DNA of 30,723 nucleotides from a virus (Duplodnaviria > Heunggongvirae > Uroviricota > Caudoviricetes): IMG/VR virus record IMGVR_UViG_648276647_000020; one strand, given 5' to 3'. Numbering within the stretch: the stretch's first letter is position 1; every line of letters begins with the position of its first letter. The position numbers and the translations under genes are program-made. The notes beneath the pieces were generated by a model. It worked only from the letters and a program-made list of their open reading frames with translations. It was not told where the DNA came from and did no database searches. Positions 16,850-28,630 of the stretch are shown here, piece by piece.

Positions 16850-17935
16850 ATGAAAAAACACGCGATTGGCATTGCCGCACTGAATGCGCTGTCCATTGAC
16901 GATGACGGCTGGTGCCAGCTATTGCCTGCCGGTCATTTCAGTGCCCGTGATGGTCGTCCGTTTGATGTGACAGGCGGTCAGGGGTGGTTCATCGACGGTG
17001 AGATTGCCGGGCGTCTGGTTGAAGGCGTTCGCGCACTCAACCAGGACGTGCTGATTGATTACGAGCATAACCAGCTACGTAAGGACAAAGGATTACCCCC
17101 GGAACAACTCGTCGCGGCTGGCTGGTTTAACGCCGATGAAATGCAGTGGCGTGAAGGTGAAGGATTATTTATCCACCCACGCTGGACGGCGGCGGCACAG
17201 CAGCGCATCGATGACGGCGAATTTGGTTATCTCTCTGCGGTTTTTCCGTATGACACCGCCACCGGTGCGGTGCTGCAAATCCGCCTTGCTGCGCTGACCA
17301 ATGACCCCGGTGCCACCGGCATGAAAAAGCTGACCGCACTGGCGGCAGACCTTCCCGACATCCTTCAACAGGAGAACAAACCCATGAATGAAACGCTGCG
17401 CAAGCTGCTTGCGCGTCTTGGGGTGACGGTCCCCGAAAATGCAGACATCACCGATGAACAGGCCTGCGCGGCCCTGAGTGCGCTTGATGCGCTCGAAACA
17501 GATGCCGGAAAAGTGGCGTCGTTATCCGCCGAACTGGAAAAGGCACAGAAAGCCGCCGTTGACCTGACGAAATACGTCCCGGTGGAAAGCTACAACGCCC
17601 TGCGTGATGAACTGGCACAGGCGACTGCACAAAGCGCCACAGCCAGCCTGAGCGCCGTTCTGGACAAGGCGGAACAGGAAGGCCGCATTTTCAAAAGCGA
17701 ACGTGCCTATCTGGAACAGCTTGGCGGTCAGATTGGCGTGGCGGCACTGTCGGCACAGCTTGAGAAAAAACAGCCCATCGCTGCGTTATCTGCCATGCAG
17801 ACCACCACAGCGAAAATCCCGTCGCAGGAAAAAACGGCGGTGGCGGTGCTGTCTGCTGATGAACAGGCAGCAGTGAAGGCGCTCGGCATTACAGAGGCTG
17901 AGTATCTGAAAATGAAACAGGAACAAGAAAAATGA
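16850..17935 (+). CDS. head maturation protease/scaffold I (Mu gp32-like)
   Basis: 361 aa; Ala/Gln/Glu-rich coiled-coil-like C-terminal half typical of a scaffold domain. Immediately upstream of the major capsid gene. Confidence 0.75.
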   Translation: MKKHAIGIAALNALSIDDDGWCQLLPAGHFSARDGRPFDVTGGQGWFIDGEIAGRLVEGVRALNQDVLIDYEHNQLRKDKGLPPEQLVAAGWFNADEMQWREGEGLFIHPRWTAAAQQRIDDGEFGYLSAVFPYDTATGAVLQIRLAALTNDPGATGMKKLTALAADLPDILQQENKPMNETLRKLLARLGVTVPENADITDEQACAALSALDALETDAGKVASLSAELEKAQKAAVDLTKYVPVESYNALRDELAQATAQSATASLSAVLDKAEQEGRIFKSERAYLEQLGGQIGVAALSAQLEKKQPIAALSAMQTTTAKIPSQEKTAVAVLSADEQAAVKALGITEAEYLKMKQEQEK

Positions 17936-18849
17936 TTGTCACCCCGGCATCCATTAAAGCCCTGATGACCTCCTGGCGTAAGGATTTTCAGGGCGGTCTT
18001 GAAGACGCCCCGTCGCAGTACAGCAAAATTGCAATGGTGGTGAACTCTTCCACCCGCAGTAATACCTATGGCTGGCTGGGTAAATTCCCGACCCTGAAAG
18101 AATGGGTGGGTAAGCGAACCATTCAGCAAATGGAAGCGCATGGCTACTCCATCGCCAATAAAACGTTTGAAGGCACCGTGGGTATTTCCCGTGATGACTT
18201 CGAGGATGACAATCTGGGTATTTATGCGCCGATTTTTCAGGAGATGGGCCGTTCTGCGGCAGTTCAGCCGGATGAGCTGATTTTTAAACTTCTGAAAGAT
18301 GGCTTTACCCAGCCCTGTTATGACGGTCAGAACTTCTTCGACAAGGAGCATCCGGTATATCCGAATGTGGACGGCACGGGCAGCGCGGTTAATACCTCCA
18401 ATATCGTTGAGCAGGACAGCTTCAGCGGTCTGCCATTCTATCTGCTGGACTGCTCCCGCGCAGTCAAACCGCTGATTTTCCAGGAGCGCCGCAAACCGGA
18501 ACTGGTCGCACGTACCCGTATCGATGACGACCACGTTTTTATGGATAACGAGTTCCTGTTTGGTGCCAGCGCCCGCCGTGCTGCCGGTTACGGCTTCTGG
18601 CAGATGGCTGTCGCGGTAAAAGGCGATCTGACGCTGGATAACCTCTGGAAGGGCTGGCAACTGATGCGATCTTTTGAAGGTGATGGCGGTAAGAAGCTGG
18701 GCCTGAAGCCGACGCATATCGTTGTACCGGTCGGGCTGGAAAAAGTCGCAGAGCAACTGCTTAACCGTGAACTGTTCGCGGATGGCAATACCACCGTCTC
18801 CAACGAGATGAAGGGCAAGCTGCAACTGGTTGTCGCTGACTACCTGTAA
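17932..18849 (+). CDS. major capsid protein T (Mu gp34-like)
   Basis: 305 aa, ATGA overlap with I, followed by a strong rho-independent terminator as is typical for major capsid genes. Confidence 0.8.
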   Translation: MIVTPASIKALMTSWRKDFQGGLEDAPSQYSKIAMVVNSSTRSNTYGWLGKFPTLKEWVGKRTIQQMEAHGYSIANKTFEGTVGISRDDFEDDNLGIYAPIFQEMGRSAAVQPDELIFKLLKDGFTQPCYDGQNFFDKEHPVYPNVDGTGSAVNTSNIVEQDSFSGLPFYLLDCSRAVKPLIFQERRKPELVARTRIDDDHVFMDNEFLFGASARRAAGYGFWQMAVAVKGDLTLDNLWKGWQLMRSFEGDGGKKLGLKPTHIVVPVGLEKVAEQLLNRELFADGNTTVSNEMKGKLQLVVADYL

Positions 18850-18857
18850 CCGTCATT

Positions 18858-18881
18858 AAAAGGCGGTTCAGACCGCCTTTT
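18858..18881 (+). terminator. rho-independent terminator after the major capsid gene
   Basis: AAAAGGCGG / loop TTCAG / ACCGCCTTTT perfect hairpin with flanking A and T tracts. Confidence 0.8.
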
Positions 18882-18915
18882 AATCTGATTTAAAGGAAAA
18901 GGAGGAGCATGTGTT

Positions 18916-19326
18916 ATGTCAGGCACTTCGCTTAATTCACAACGGCTGGACACTTCTCGCATCACTTGCACGGCGATTATTAAATGCCTTCGTCCGGTCT
19001 ACCGCCGCGCCGGAATCGCCTTTACACGTGGCGAAAACACCGTGGAAGTCACCGAAGAACAACTGGCGATCATTCGTGCCGACAGCGTGCTGTCTGTGGT
19101 ATCTGCATCGTCAGCAGAAACGCTCGCTGAGGCTGGGGGGCTGGACGTTCTGGGTGTGGGCGATCTGAATACCCGTATCCGTGCGACCGTTGCCGGTCTG
19201 GATAAGGCAAACCCGGAGCACTTTACCGCAGGGGGAGAACCCAAAGTGAAAGCCGTCAGTGCGGCGCTGGGGGAACCGGTGAGCAGTGCGCAAATCAAAG
19301 CGGCGCTGGCTGAGGCGGATGCATGA
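18916..19326 (+). CDS. Mu gp35-like head protein of unknown function
   Basis: 136 aa, strong SD aaggaggag upstream, ATGA overlap with the next gene. Confidence 0.65.
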   Translation: MSGTSLNSQRLDTSRITCTAIIKCLRPVYRRAGIAFTRGENTVEVTEEQLAIIRADSVLSVVSASSAETLAEAGGLDVLGVGDLNTRIRATVAGLDKANPEHFTAGGEPKVKAVSAALGEPVSSAQIKAALAEADA

Positions 19327-19748
19327 ATTACGCGACGGTAAATGACCTGTGCGCCCGCTATACACGTACGCGGTTGGATATTCTCACCCGCCCTAAAACA
19401 GCGGACGGGCAGCCGGATGATGCCGTGGCAGAACAGGCACTGGCAGATGCTTCGGCCTTTATTGATGGCTATCTCGCCGCGCGCTTTGTTCTGCCGCTTA
19501 CCGTCGTCCCCTCACTGCTGAAACGGCAGTGTTGCGTGGTGGCCTGGTTTTATCTGAATGAATCACAACCCACCGAGCAGATCACCGCTGCCTACAGGGA
19601 CACAGTGCGCTGGCTGGAACAGGTGCGCGATGGCAAAACAGATCCCGGAGTGGAAAGCAGGACGGCAGCCTCGCCGGATGGTGAAAACCTTGTGCAGGTG
19701 CAGTCTGACGCGCCGGTCTTCTCACGAAAACAGAAGGGGTTTATCTGA
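19323..19748 (+). CDS. head-tail joining protein J (Mu gp36-like)
   Basis: 141 aa, coupled to flanking genes; synteny between capsid and sheath genes. Confidence 0.65.
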   Translation: MNYATVNDLCARYTRTRLDILTRPKTADGQPDDAVAEQALADASAFIDGYLAARFVLPLTVVPSLLKRQCCVVAWFYLNESQPTEQITAAYRDTVRWLEQVRDGKTDPGVESRTAASPDGENLVQVQSDAPVFSRKQKGFI

Positions 19749-20296
19749 TGCTGGAAGAAACCGAAGCCGCACTGCTGGCGCGCGTTCGTGAGTTGTTTGG
19801 GGCAACCCTGCGGCAGGTGGAACCCCTTACCGGCACATGGACTAACGAGGATGTGCACCGTCTCTTTCTGGCCCCGCCATCGGTATTTCTGGCATGGATG
19901 GGCTGTGGTGAGGGGCGTACGCGTCGGGAAGTTGAAAGTCGCTGGGCATTTTTTGTCGTGGCGGAGTTGCTGAACGGGGAACCGGTAAACCGGCCCGGTA
20001 TTTATCAGATTGTGGAGCGACTGATTGCCGGTGTTAACGGTCAGACGTTTGGCCCGACCACCGGGATGAGACTGACGCAGGTCAGAAATCTTTGTGACGA
20101 CAACCGTATCAATGCCGGTGTGGTGCTTTACGGCGTTCTGTTCAGTGGCACCACCCCGCTGCCGTCCGTGGTGGACGTGGATTCGCTGGATGATTACGAG
20201 CGTCACTGGCAGACCTGGAAATTCCCGGACGAAACCCCGGAATTTGCCGCACATATCAATGTGAATCAGGAAAAGGATCATGATGCTGAAAATTAA
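19748..20296 (+). CDS. Mu gp37/K-like protein
   Basis: 182 aa, SD aagggg, TGATG coupling to the upstream gene. Confidence 0.65.
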   Translation: MLEETEAALLARVRELFGATLRQVEPLTGTWTNEDVHRLFLAPPSVFLAWMGCGEGRTRREVESRWAFFVVAELLNGEPVNRPGIYQIVERLIAGVNGQTFGPTTGMRLTQVRNLCDDNRINAGVVLYGVLFSGTTPLPSVVDVDSLDDYERHWQTWKFPDETPEFAAHINVNQEKDHDAEN

Positions 20297-20486
20297 ACCC
20301 GCAGCGGGAAAAGCCATCCGTGACCCGCTCACGATGAAATTACTGGCGTCTGAGGGAGAAGAAAAGCCCCGTAACAGTTTCTGGATACGTCGCCTTGCAG
20401 CCGGTGATGTGGTTGAAGTCGGGAGCACCGAAAACACGGCGGATGATACCGACGCTGCGCCGAAAAAACGGAGTAAATCGAAATGA
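20280..20486 (+). CDS. Mu gp38-like small protein
   Basis: 68 aa with Lys-rich C-terminus; overlaps both neighbours. Confidence 0.55.
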   Translation: MMLKIKPAAGKAIRDPLTMKLLASEGEEKPRNSFWIRRLAAGDVVEVGSTENTADDTDAAPKKRSKSK

Positions 20487-21970
20487 GCGATATTTCATTT
20501 AACGCGATCCCGTCAGATGTTCGCGTTCCTCTGACGTATATCGAATTTGATAACAGTAATGCCGTTAGCGGAACACCGGCACCCCGTCAGCGTGTGCTGA
20601 TGTTCGGGCAAAGCGGAAGTAAAGCCAGTGCGGCACCAAACGTGCCTGTCCGTATCCGTTCCGGCTCACAGGCCAGTGCGGCGTTTGGTCAGGGTTCCAT
20701 GCTGGCACTGATGGCAGATGCATTCCTGAACGCTAACCGCGTGGCGGAGCTGTGGTGTATTCCGCAGGGGAACGGCACCGGTAATGCTGCTGTCGGTGAA
20801 ATTTCACTGTCAGGAACGGTAGGCGAAAACGGCTCGCTTGTGACTTACATTGCCGGTCAGCGACTGGCGGTATCTGTCGCAGCAGGTGCAACGGGCGCGG
20901 CGCTGGCTGACCTGCTGGTTGCCCGAATCAAAGGCCAGCCGGATTTACCGGTGACGGCAGAAGTTCGCGCAGACAGCGGTAGTGATGACACACATGCAGA
21001 TGTGGTTCTGAGTGCAAAATTTACGGGGGCATTATCTGCCGTGGACGTGCGCTGGAACTATTACGCGGGTGAAACCACCCCTTACGGGATTATCACGGCA
21101 TTCAAAGCCGCCTCCGGGAATAATGGCAACCCGGATATCAGCGCAAGTATCGCGGGAATGGGAGATCTGCAATACAAATATATTGTGATGCCCTACACCG
21201 ATGAACCGAACCTGAATCTGTTACGCACTGAATTGCAGGAACGCTGGGGACCGGTCAATCAGGCTGATGGCTTTGCCGTGACAGTGCTGTCCGGCACGTA
21301 TGGGGATATTTCCACGTTTGGTGTCAGCCGTAATGACCATCTGATTTCCTGTATGGGGATTGCCGGTGCACCGGAACCGTCATATCTGTACGCCGCCACC
21401 CTGTGTGCCGTTGCCAGCCAGGCGCTTTCCATCGACCCGGCGCGTCCACTCCAGACGCTGACGTTGCCCGGAAGAATGCCGCCTGCGGTGGGGGATCGTT
21501 TCACCTGGTCAGAACGTAATGCGCTGCTGTTTGACGGCATCTCCACGTTTAACGTGAATGATGGTGGTGAAATGCAGATTGAACGCATGATCACGATGTA
21601 CCGCACAAACAAGTACGGTGACAGCGATCCGTCTTATCTGAACGTGAATACCATCGCCACGCTGAGTTATCTGCGTTATTCGCTGCGAACCCGCATCACG
21701 CAGAAATTCCCGAACTACAAGCTGGCAAGTGATGGCACCCGCTTTGCCACCGGTCAGGCCGTGGTGACGCCATCCGTGATCAAAACGGAGCTGCTGGCAC
21801 TGTTTGAAGAATGGGAAAACGCCGGACTGGTCGAGGATTTCGACACGTTCAAAGAGGAGCTGTATGTGGCACGTAACAAGGACGACAAAGACCGTCTTGA
21901 TGTGCTGTGCGGCCCGAATCTGATTAACCAGTTCCGCATTTTCGCGGCACAAGTTCAGTTCATTCTGTAA
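20483..21970 (+). CDS. contractile tail sheath protein L (Mu gp39-like)
   Basis: 495 aa; size and position (immediately before the small tube gene) typical of myovirus sheath proteins. Confidence 0.8.
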   Translation: MSDISFNAIPSDVRVPLTYIEFDNSNAVSGTPAPRQRVLMFGQSGSKASAAPNVPVRIRSGSQASAAFGQGSMLALMADAFLNANRVAELWCIPQGNGTGNAAVGEISLSGTVGENGSLVTYIAGQRLAVSVAAGATGAALADLLVARIKGQPDLPVTAEVRADSGSDDTHADVVLSAKFTGALSAVDVRWNYYAGETTPYGIITAFKAASGNNGNPDISASIAGMGDLQYKYIVMPYTDEPNLNLLRTELQERWGPVNQADGFAVTVLSGTYGDISTFGVSRNDHLISCMGIAGAPEPSYLYAATLCAVASQALSIDPARPLQTLTLPGRMPPAVGDRFTWSERNALLFDGISTFNVNDGGEMQIERMITMYRTNKYGDSDPSYLNVNTIATLSYLRYSLRTRITQKFPNYKLASDGTRFATGQAVVTPSVIKTELLALFEEWENAGLVEDFDTFKEELYVARNKDDKDRLDVLCGPNLINQFRIFAAQVQFIL

Positions 21971-21979
21971 GGAGCATTT

Positions 21980-22336
21980 ATGGCTGGAAATCAGCGTCAG
22001 GGGGTGGCGTTCATCCGTGTCAATGGCATGGAGCTTGAATCAATGGAAGGTGCCTCCTTCACGCCTTCCGGCATCACCCGTGAAGAAGTGACCGGCTCGC
22101 GGGTTTATGGCTGGAAAGGTAAACCACGTGCCGCAAAAGTGGAATGCAAAATTCCGGGCGGCGGTCCCATCGGGCTGGATGAAATTATCGACTGGGAAAA
22201 CATCACCGTCGAATTCCAGGCTGATACCGGTGAAACCTGGATGCTGGCGAATGCCTGGCAGGCGGATGAACCGAAAAACGACGGCGGCGAAATTTCGCTG
22301 GTACTGGTGGCAAAACAAAGCAAACGCATTGCATAA
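21980..22336 (+). CDS. tail tube protein M (Mu gp40-like)
   Basis: 118 aa, strong SD aaggag, directly after the sheath gene. Confidence 0.75.
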   Translation: MAGNQRQGVAFIRVNGMELESMEGASFTPSGITREEVTGSRVYGWKGKPRAAKVECKIPGGGPIGLDEIIDWENITVEFQADTGETWMLANAWQADEPKNDGGEISLVLVAKQSKRIA

Positions 22337-22345
22337 GGGGAAACA

Positions 22346-22780
22346 ATGGACGAAATGAATTTAGGTCCTGAAGCACAGGAACTGCATGACAGCATTGTGG
22401 CAGAAATTCAGTCCGGCGTGCTGAAACTGAAAGACGGCCTGCCGTTCGGCACCGGTGACGAGACTGAAATGCAGTATGACGTGACGCTGCGTGAACTGAC
22501 CGCAGGCGATATGATTGATGCACAGGCGGCTGCTGAAAAGCTGGTAATGAGCAAGGAAGGTCCGGTGCTGGTCAGTTCCCCGTCCCGGATGGGACTGGAA
22601 ATGCTGCGCCGACAGATTGCCAGCGTGGGCTGCATCAAAGGCCCGTTGTCGATGGCGCTGATTCGTAAACTGTCCGTCGATGACTTCCAGCGTCTGTCGC
22701 TGGCCACAGAAATGTACGACATGGCTGTGGCGGCATCGCTGACACAAGAACGGGGGCGAGTGGCTGCGGTGCCGGAATGA
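22346..22780 (+). CDS. tail assembly chaperone-like protein (Mu gp41-like)
   Basis: 144 aa, SD aagggga; position between tube and tape-measure genes. Confidence 0.65.
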   Translation: MDEMNLGPEAQELHDSIVAEIQSGVLKLKDGLPFGTGDETEMQYDVTLRELTAGDMIDAQAAAEKLVMSKEGPVLVSSPSRMGLEMLRRQIASVGCIKGPLSMALIRKLSVDDFQRLSLATEMYDMAVAASLTQERGRVAAVPE

Positions 22781-22924
22781 TATTGAGAAAGCGGCGACAG
22801 CGATTGGCGTTATTCTGAAAAGTGGCCCGGAATGGGCCTTGTCTCTCCCGCTGTCCCGCTTTTTCCGGCACTGCCAGCAGGCTAAAACCCTCTCTCAATA
22901 TCACCGTTAAATCAGGAGATTTCT

Positions 22925-24997
22925 GTGACCGGGAAACGCTTAAAGGCGTCTGTCATTATTGATCTTAATGGCAATCTTTCCCGGCGTTCCCGCCAGTATT
23001 CGAACCAGATAAACGCCCTGTCCCGTAGCGGGCAAAGTTCCCTTCGTGCCCTGCGTATGGAGGTTGTGCGCGTTTCTGGTGCCATTGACAGAATGGGTTC
23101 ACTGTCAACCCGTACATTCCGAATGCTGTCAGCCGGGGCGCTGGGTATCGCTGGCGTGGGTTACACCGCCAATAAACTGTTTATTGGTGCAGCCGCCCAG
23201 CGTGAGCAGCAGATCATCGCCATGAACTCGCTGTATCACGGCGATAAGGTCAGAGCGCAGGCCATGATGGCCTGGGCGAAGCAGAACGCGAAGGACACCA
23301 CGTGGGGGCTGAGTGGTGTTCTTGATGAGATCCGTTCGTCGAAAGGCTTCGGCATGACGGATGAACAGACGAAACAGTTCATCACCATGTTGCAGGATCA
23401 GGGGGCCATGCACGGCTGGGATTTACCCACTGCACAGGGTGCCTCACTGCAACTGAAACAGATGTTTGCCCGCCAGCAAATCACAGCGGCGGATGCCAAC
23501 CTGCTGACCGGTTACGGTATCAACGTTTATCAGGCGCTGGCGGATGCAACGGGAACGGACGTTAAAAAAATCCGTGATCTGGGTACAAAGGGCAAGCTGG
23601 GCCTGAAATCCATTCTGACGGTATTCAGAACGCTGTCAGAACAGTCAAAAGGTGCACAGGCCAGTGCGATGAACTCCTGGGACGGGATGTTCGCCCAGAT
23701 GGAAGCCAACCTGCTTGAATTTCGCATAAAGGTGGCAAACAGCGGCCCCTTTGAAGAAATCAAGAACGAGATGCGCCGGGTGCTTAACTGGCACGACATG
23801 GCGGATAAATCCGGGGAACTTGACGCACTGGCAGAAAATATTGGTCAGAAATTTCTGACCACGTTCAGAACGGTAAAAATTGCGGCGCAGGAATTATGGC
23901 GCTGGCTGAAACCGGGTAAAGATGCGCTGGCATGGGTTGACCAGAATATTGTCAGCCTGAAAAAACTGGCTGCTGTTCTGGTGTCTGTCTGGCTTGCCAA
24001 TAAAGCCCTGAGAGCAGGCTGGGCCGTGGCAAAACCCTCATGGCAGGTTGCCAGTTATCCGTTTAAAACCGGGCGTCGTATGTGGCGCTGGATGCGAAAC
24101 CGCAAACGTGGGCAGGCAGGGCTGCCGGTCCCGGATGCCATGACGTCTGAGACGCTGTTGCAGGGTATCGGCATTCAACGTGTGTTTGTCATCAACTGGC
24201 CCCGTGGATTTGGTGGCTACGGGAGTGGCGGCGGTCGTCGCGGACGAAGCGGCGGAAGAATGGCCCCGCTGTTACCCCGCCAGCCGTTATTGCTGTCCGG
24301 GCCACAGCCGCTGGCATTACCTGCACCACGCCCTGTACTGGCATTCCCCCCACCCGGCGTACCGGTAACGGCACGGCCTGCACCATTACCTTTACCCGGT
24401 AAATCCGGTCTTCTGAGCAGGCTTGCAGGCAGTGCTGCCGGGCAACTGGTTACGGGAACGGTCGGAAAGCTGGCTGATGCCGGGCGTGCCGTTGGCGGGT
24501 GGTTTTCCGGTATCGGAAACAAACTTGCAGGCAGTGCGATCGGTCGGGTTGTGACAAAAGGTGCCGGGGCGCTGGGCTGGATGGGGAAAGGTGCCGGTCG
24601 TGCGTTGTCACGTCTGGGTGGCCCGGTTATGGGGGCACTCCAGCTTGCCCCCGTCCTGATGGATGAGCAGGCGTCAACCCATGAAAAAGCAGGCGCAATT
24701 GGCAGTACAGCCGGTGCATGGCTCGGCGGTGCCGTTGGCAGCCTTGCCGGACCGCTGGGTACGGTTGCCGGAGCCACGCTGGGCAGTGTCGCCGGGGAGT
24801 ATCTGGGCGGTTTTGTAACCGACCTGTATCAGAAATGGACGGCCACGGATAAGGAACCGCAGGAACAAAAAGTCAATGCGGAAGCCTCGCTGCGCGTCGA
24901 ACTTGGCGAGGGGTTACGTCTGACCAGTTCCCGCGTCACCGAGGATGGTATGGGGCTGAATATTTACGCGGGCGATAACTACATTACGGGCTGGTAA
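22925..24997 (+). CDS. tail tape measure protein Y (Mu gp42-like)
   Basis: 690 aa from GTG 22925 with AGGAG SD 8 nt upstream. Gly-rich C-terminal repeats and a central Pro/Gly-rich low-complexity segment. Confidence 0.8.
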   Translation: MTGKRLKASVIIDLNGNLSRRSRQYSNQINALSRSGQSSLRALRMEVVRVSGAIDRMGSLSTRTFRMLSAGALGIAGVGYTANKLFIGAAAQREQQIIAMNSLYHGDKVRAQAMMAWAKQNAKDTTWGLSGVLDEIRSSKGFGMTDEQTKQFITMLQDQGAMHGWDLPTAQGASLQLKQMFARQQITAADANLLTGYGINVYQALADATGTDVKKIRDLGTKGKLGLKSILTVFRTLSEQSKGAQASAMNSWDGMFAQMEANLLEFRIKVANSGPFEEIKNEMRRVLNWHDMADKSGELDALAENIGQKFLTTFRTVKIAAQELWRWLKPGKDALAWVDQNIVSLKKLAAVLVSVWLANKALRAGWAVAKPSWQVASYPFKTGRRMWRWMRNRKRGQAGLPVPDAMTSETLLQGIGIQRVFVINWPRGFGGYGSGGGRRGRSGGRMAPLLPRQPLLLSGPQPLALPAPRPVLAFPPPGVPVTARPAPLPLPGKSGLLSRLAGSAAGQLVTGTVGKLADAGRAVGGWFSGIGNKLAGSAIGRVVTKGAGALGWMGKGAGRALSRLGGPVMGALQLAPVLMDEQASTHEKAGAIGSTAGAWLGGAVGSLAGPLGTVAGATLGSVAGEYLGGFVTDLYQKWTATDKEPQEQKVNAEASLRVELGEGLRLTSSRVTEDGMGLNIYAGDNYITGW

Positions 24998-25001
24998 AAC
25001 C

Positions 25002-26489
25002 ATGTTTGAAGATGCTTTAAATGCCGTTAATGCTGTCCGGGATAAAACCGGTGGAGGCAGGAAAACAACCGGCAAAGGCACGTTCCGTAACGTGCCGTTT
25101 CTCGTCATCGAGGAGCAAAAACAGGCTGGCGGACGTCGCCTGGTTAAACGCGAGTACCCGTTACGTGATACCGGCGGCGTCAATGACCTGGGGAAAAAGC
25201 TTCGCTCCCGTACATTCAGCGCCTGCATTCTGAACAGCAACGCAGAAACAGCCAGAGATGAAGCGGGTGCTCTGATGGATGCTCTTGATGCTCCGGGTAG
25301 CGGTGAGCTGGTACATCCTGATTTCGGCACTGTGGACGTCATGGTGGATTCATGGGAATGCCGCACTAAAGCGGATGAACTGAATTATTACGCGTTCACC
25401 GTTACCGTTTATCCGTCGTTGCAGGATACTGCCCCGGACGCAGAGACAGACACCAGTGCAGCCGTACCGGCACAGGCTGTTGCTGTAACCGGTTCTCTGG
25501 GTGGTACGCTGTCCTCTGTCTGGCAGACCGTAAAAGATGGCACTGCGGCGGCAACCGCCGTGATGGAAGCTGTAACCGGTGTCATCGATGATATCAGTGA
25601 TGCGGTGGACAATCTGGGGGTTACGCAGACTGTCAGCGGTCTGATGGGATCGCTTTCTGCGATGAAAGGCTCTGTGACCAGCCTGATTAACCAGCCTGCC
25701 ATGCTGGCCTCCTCGCTGATGGGGGCGCTGTCCGGCGTTTCATCGTTATGCGATACCCGGACAGCATTTTCCACATGGAACCGTCTGGCGCAGCGATTCG
25801 AACGTCGCCATGCCGCCACCGCAGGCAGACAGGGGGCAATCACAACCTCGTACAACAGTCCGGTTGCAGAAAAAAATATTGCCACACTGAACTACGTCAT
25901 GCTGGCAGCGGCGCAGACATACCGGGCAGAAGCTGCCAGCCAGGCACTGACTGCGGCACTGGATTTCAGTCGCCGGATGGATAATGCCGCCCGTGCACCT
26001 GTACTGGATGCTCCGTCCACCACAACCGGCACAGCCAGCGGGGCCAGCAGCACATCTGCTACCGTCACACAGGGACAGTTACAGTTAACTGCCATAACCC
26101 CGGACGGCGGCTTTTCACAGGTATCCTTTTCAGACAGTGGTACAGCCACGCCCCCGGTATTTGAAAGTGTGTCCGATATCGGAAAAACAGCCGCCATGCT
26201 GGGGGCAGTGCTGGATACCGTCATTCTGACGGCATCTGAGCAGGGCTTTTCGACAGACAGCGTTCAGCTTACGCAACTGCGTCTGCTGGTTGTTGCCGAC
26301 CTGGAAAAACGCGGGCTGCAACTGGCGGGCAGTGAAACGCACCGCCTGCCGGAGACGATGCCTGCAATGGTGGCTCTGTACCGTTACACAGGAAACAGCC
26401 GGAACTGGCAACGGCTGGCCCGCAGGAACGGTATCAGCAACCCGTTGTTTGTTCCCGGTGGTGTCAGTATTGAGGTGATTAATGAGTAA
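25002..26489 (+). CDS. DNA circularisation protein N (Mu gp43-like)
   Basis: 495 aa with central Ala/Thr/Ser-rich linker; position after the tape measure gene. Confidence 0.7.
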   Translation: MFEDALNAVNAVRDKTGGGRKTTGKGTFRNVPFLVIEEQKQAGGRRLVKREYPLRDTGGVNDLGKKLRSRTFSACILNSNAETARDEAGALMDALDAPGSGELVHPDFGTVDVMVDSWECRTKADELNYYAFTVTVYPSLQDTAPDAETDTSAAVPAQAVAVTGSLGGTLSSVWQTVKDGTAAATAVMEAVTGVIDDISDAVDNLGVTQTVSGLMGSLSAMKGSVTSLINQPAMLASSLMGALSGVSSLCDTRTAFSTWNRLAQRFERRHAATAGRQGAITTSYNSPVAEKNIATLNYVMLAAAQTYRAEAASQALTAALDFSRRMDNAARAPVLDAPSTTTGTASGASSTSATVTQGQLQLTAITPDGGFSQVSFSDSGTATPPVFESVSDIGKTAAMLGAVLDTVILTASEQGFSTDSVQLTQLRLLVVADLEKRGLQLAGSETHRLPETMPAMVALYRYTGNSRNWQRLARRNGISNPLFVPGGVSIEVINE

Positions 26490-27615
26490 TACCGTCACGC
26501 TGCGAACGGATGGCAGGCTTTTTACTGGCTGGACGTCAGTCTCTGTCACCCGCTCCATTGAGTCCGTAGCCGGATATTTTGAGCTGGGGGTGAACGTGCC
26601 ACCGGGCACGGATTTATCCGGGCTGACACCGGGGAAGGCGTTCACGCTCGAAATCGGGGGGCAGATTGTCTGCACCGGTTATATCGATTCACGGCGACGC
26701 CAGATGACCGCTGACAGTATGAAAATCACTGTCGCCGGACGTGACAAAACGGCTGACCTGATTGACTGTGCTGCCGTTTACAGTGGCGGACAGTGGAAAA
26801 ACCGCACACTGGAGCAGATTGCGCGTGACCTGTGCACCCCTTATGACGTTACCGTTCGCTGGGAGCTTTCCGATAAGGAAAGTTCGGCAGCTTTTCCCGG
26901 CTTCACGCTGGACCATTCAGAAACCGTTTATGAGGCGCTGGTGCGTGCCTCCCGCGCACGCGGTGTACTGATGACCAGCAATGCCGCCGGAGAGCTGGTA
27001 TTCAGCCGGGCTGCCAGCACAGCCACTGATGAGCTGGTTCTCGGAGAAAATCTGCTGACACTGGATTTTGAGGAAGACTTCCGCGACCGGTTCAGCGAAT
27101 ACACCGTCAAGGGGTATGCCCGCGCAAACGGTGCTGAGGGTGATGATATTGATGCGAAAAGTATCGTCTCCCGGAAAGGGACCGCCACTGACAGTGATGT
27201 GACCCGTTACAGACCGATGATCATCATTGCCGACAGCAAAATTACGGCGAAGGATGCACAGGCCCGCGCCCTGCGTGAGCAACGCCGCAGACTGGCAAAA
27301 TCCATCACCTTTGAGGCAGACATTGACGGATGGACTCGCAAGGACGGGCAACTCTGGATGCCGAACCTGCTGGTCACTATTGATGCCTCGAAATATGCCA
27401 TCAAAACCACGGAATTACTGGTCAGCAAAGTCAACCTGATACTGAATGACCAGGACGGGCTGAAAACCCGCGTCAGCCTTGCACCACGCGAAGGCTTTCT
27501 GGTGCCGGTTGAAAGCGACCGTAAAAACAAAGGTGACAGTAACGGCGGTATTGATGCGCTGGTTGAAGATTATTATCGCAGACACCCGGAGAAAACGCCG
27601 CCGTGGAAAGAGTAA
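26482..27615 (+). CDS. baseplate/tail protein P (Mu gp44-like)
   Basis: 377 aa, SD gaggtg, overlaps the N 3' end. Confidence 0.7.
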   Translation: MSNTVTLRTDGRLFTGWTSVSVTRSIESVAGYFELGVNVPPGTDLSGLTPGKAFTLEIGGQIVCTGYIDSRRRQMTADSMKITVAGRDKTADLIDCAAVYSGGQWKNRTLEQIARDLCTPYDVTVRWELSDKESSAAFPGFTLDHSETVYEALVRASRARGVLMTSNAAGELVFSRAASTATDELVLGENLLTLDFEEDFRDRFSEYTVKGYARANGAEGDDIDAKSIVSRKGTATDSDVTRYRPMIIIADSKITAKDAQARALREQRRRLAKSITFEADIDGWTRKDGQLWMPNLLVTIDASKYAIKTTELLVSKVNLILNDQDGLKTRVSLAPREGFLVPVESDRKNKGDSNGGIDALVEDYYRRHPEKTPPWKE

Positions 27616-27626
27616 ATGATTCCGCC

Positions 27627-28196
27627 ATGAACCGCCTGCTGACACCGCTGATGCGTCGTGTGCGTCTGATGCTTGCGCGTGCCGTTGTTAACGTGATTAA
27701 CGACGGGCGAAAAGTTCAGAACCTGCAGGTCGGTCTGCTGGATGATGAGGAATCCGATGAAGTGGAGCGCCTGCAAAATTACGGACATTTCAGCGTTCCC
27801 CTGCCGGGCGCAGAGGCGCTGATTGCCTGTGTAGGCGCACAACGTGATCAGGGGATTGCTGTTGTGGTGGAAGACCGCCGCTACCGCCCGACAAATCTTG
27901 AACCGGGTGATGCAGGCATTTACCACCATGAGGTGCATCGTATCAGGCTGACAAAGGACGGACGCTGCATCATTACCTGTAAAACGGTCGAGGTTTACGC
28001 TGATGAAAGTATGACCGTTGACACCCCCAGAACCACGTTTACCGGCGACGTTGAGATCCAGAAAGGTCTGGGCGTTAAAGGTAAAAGCCAGTTCGACAGC
28101 AATATTACTGCCCCGGATGCCATCATCAATGGCAAATCGACGGATAAGCATATCCACCGTGGCGACAGCGGCGGAACCACGGGGCCAATGCAATGA
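27627..28196 (+). CDS. baseplate assembly/spike protein (Mu gp45-like, gpV-type)
   Basis: 189 aa from ATG 27627 (alternative GTG 27603); ATGA overlap with the next gene. Confidence 0.65.
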   Translation: MNRLLTPLMRRVRLMLARAVVNVINDGRKVQNLQVGLLDDEESDEVERLQNYGHFSVPLPGAEALIACVGAQRDQGIAVVVEDRRYRPTNLEPGDAGIYHHEVHRIRLTKDGRCIITCKTVEVYADESMTVDTPRTTFTGDVEIQKGLGVKGKSQFDSNITAPDAIINGKSTDKHIHRGDSGGTTGPMQ

Positions 28197-28630
28197 CCGA
28201 TTTAGCCATTATCTGGACGAACGGACGCGGCGATATTGCACAGGATGGCATTGATATGCTGACCGACGACAGCCTGACAACCGATGTGACAATCTCCCTG
28301 TTTACAGACCGGCGCGCGCTGGATTCTGACACGCTGCCGGATGGTTCAGATGATCGCCGTGGATGGTGGGGTGACAGTTACCGCGACCGCCCCATCGGTT
28401 CGCGGTTGTGGCTGTTATCACGTGAAAAAGCCACACCGGATACGCTGGAACGCGCCAGAGGGTATGCCGAAGAGGCGCTGGAATGGCTGAAAACAGCGGG
28501 CCGGGTAAGTGCGATTAACGTCAGAGCGGAACAGTTACATCAGGGCTGGTTATACCTCTACATTGCCCTGACATTACCGGATGGTTCCGTTATTCCTTAT
28601 GAGTTTAAAGCAGCATTTAACGGGGTTTAA
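28193..28630 (+). CDS. baseplate protein (Mu gp46-like)
   Basis: 145 aa, coupled to both neighbours. Confidence 0.65.
   Translation: MTDLAIIWTNGRGDIAQDGIDMLTDDSLTTDVTISLFTDRRALDSDTLPDGSDDRRGWWGDSYRDRPIGSRLWLLSREKATPDTLERARGYAEEALEWLKTAGRVSAINVRAEQLHQGWLYLYIALTLPDGSVIPYEFKAAFNGV

Noticed and set aside
17728-18825. Long minus-strand ORF (365 aa) antisense to the I and major capsid genes
   Set aside because: It lies entirely within the conserved scaffold and capsid genes, with no independent start signals. It is most likely a spurious open frame.
19592-20437. Minus-strand ORF (281 aa) antisense to the J, K and gp38 genes
   Set aside because: Same reasoning: it overlaps coupled + strand structural genes and shows no RBS or promoter evidence.
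22781-22924. Possible programmed frameshift or chaperone extension between the gp41-like gene and the tape measure gene
   Set aside because: gp41 and Y are in the same frame but separated by two in-frame stops (TGA 22778-22780, TGA 22784-22786). No canonical slippery heptamer was seen at the gp41 3' end, and no overlapping + frame ORF is present. I treat it as an ordinary intergenic spacer with the Y ribosome-binding site.
27573-28193. Minus-strand ORF (206 aa) antisense to the gp45-like gene
   Set aside because: Antisense to a baseplate gene inside a tightly coupled operon; judged a chance open frame.
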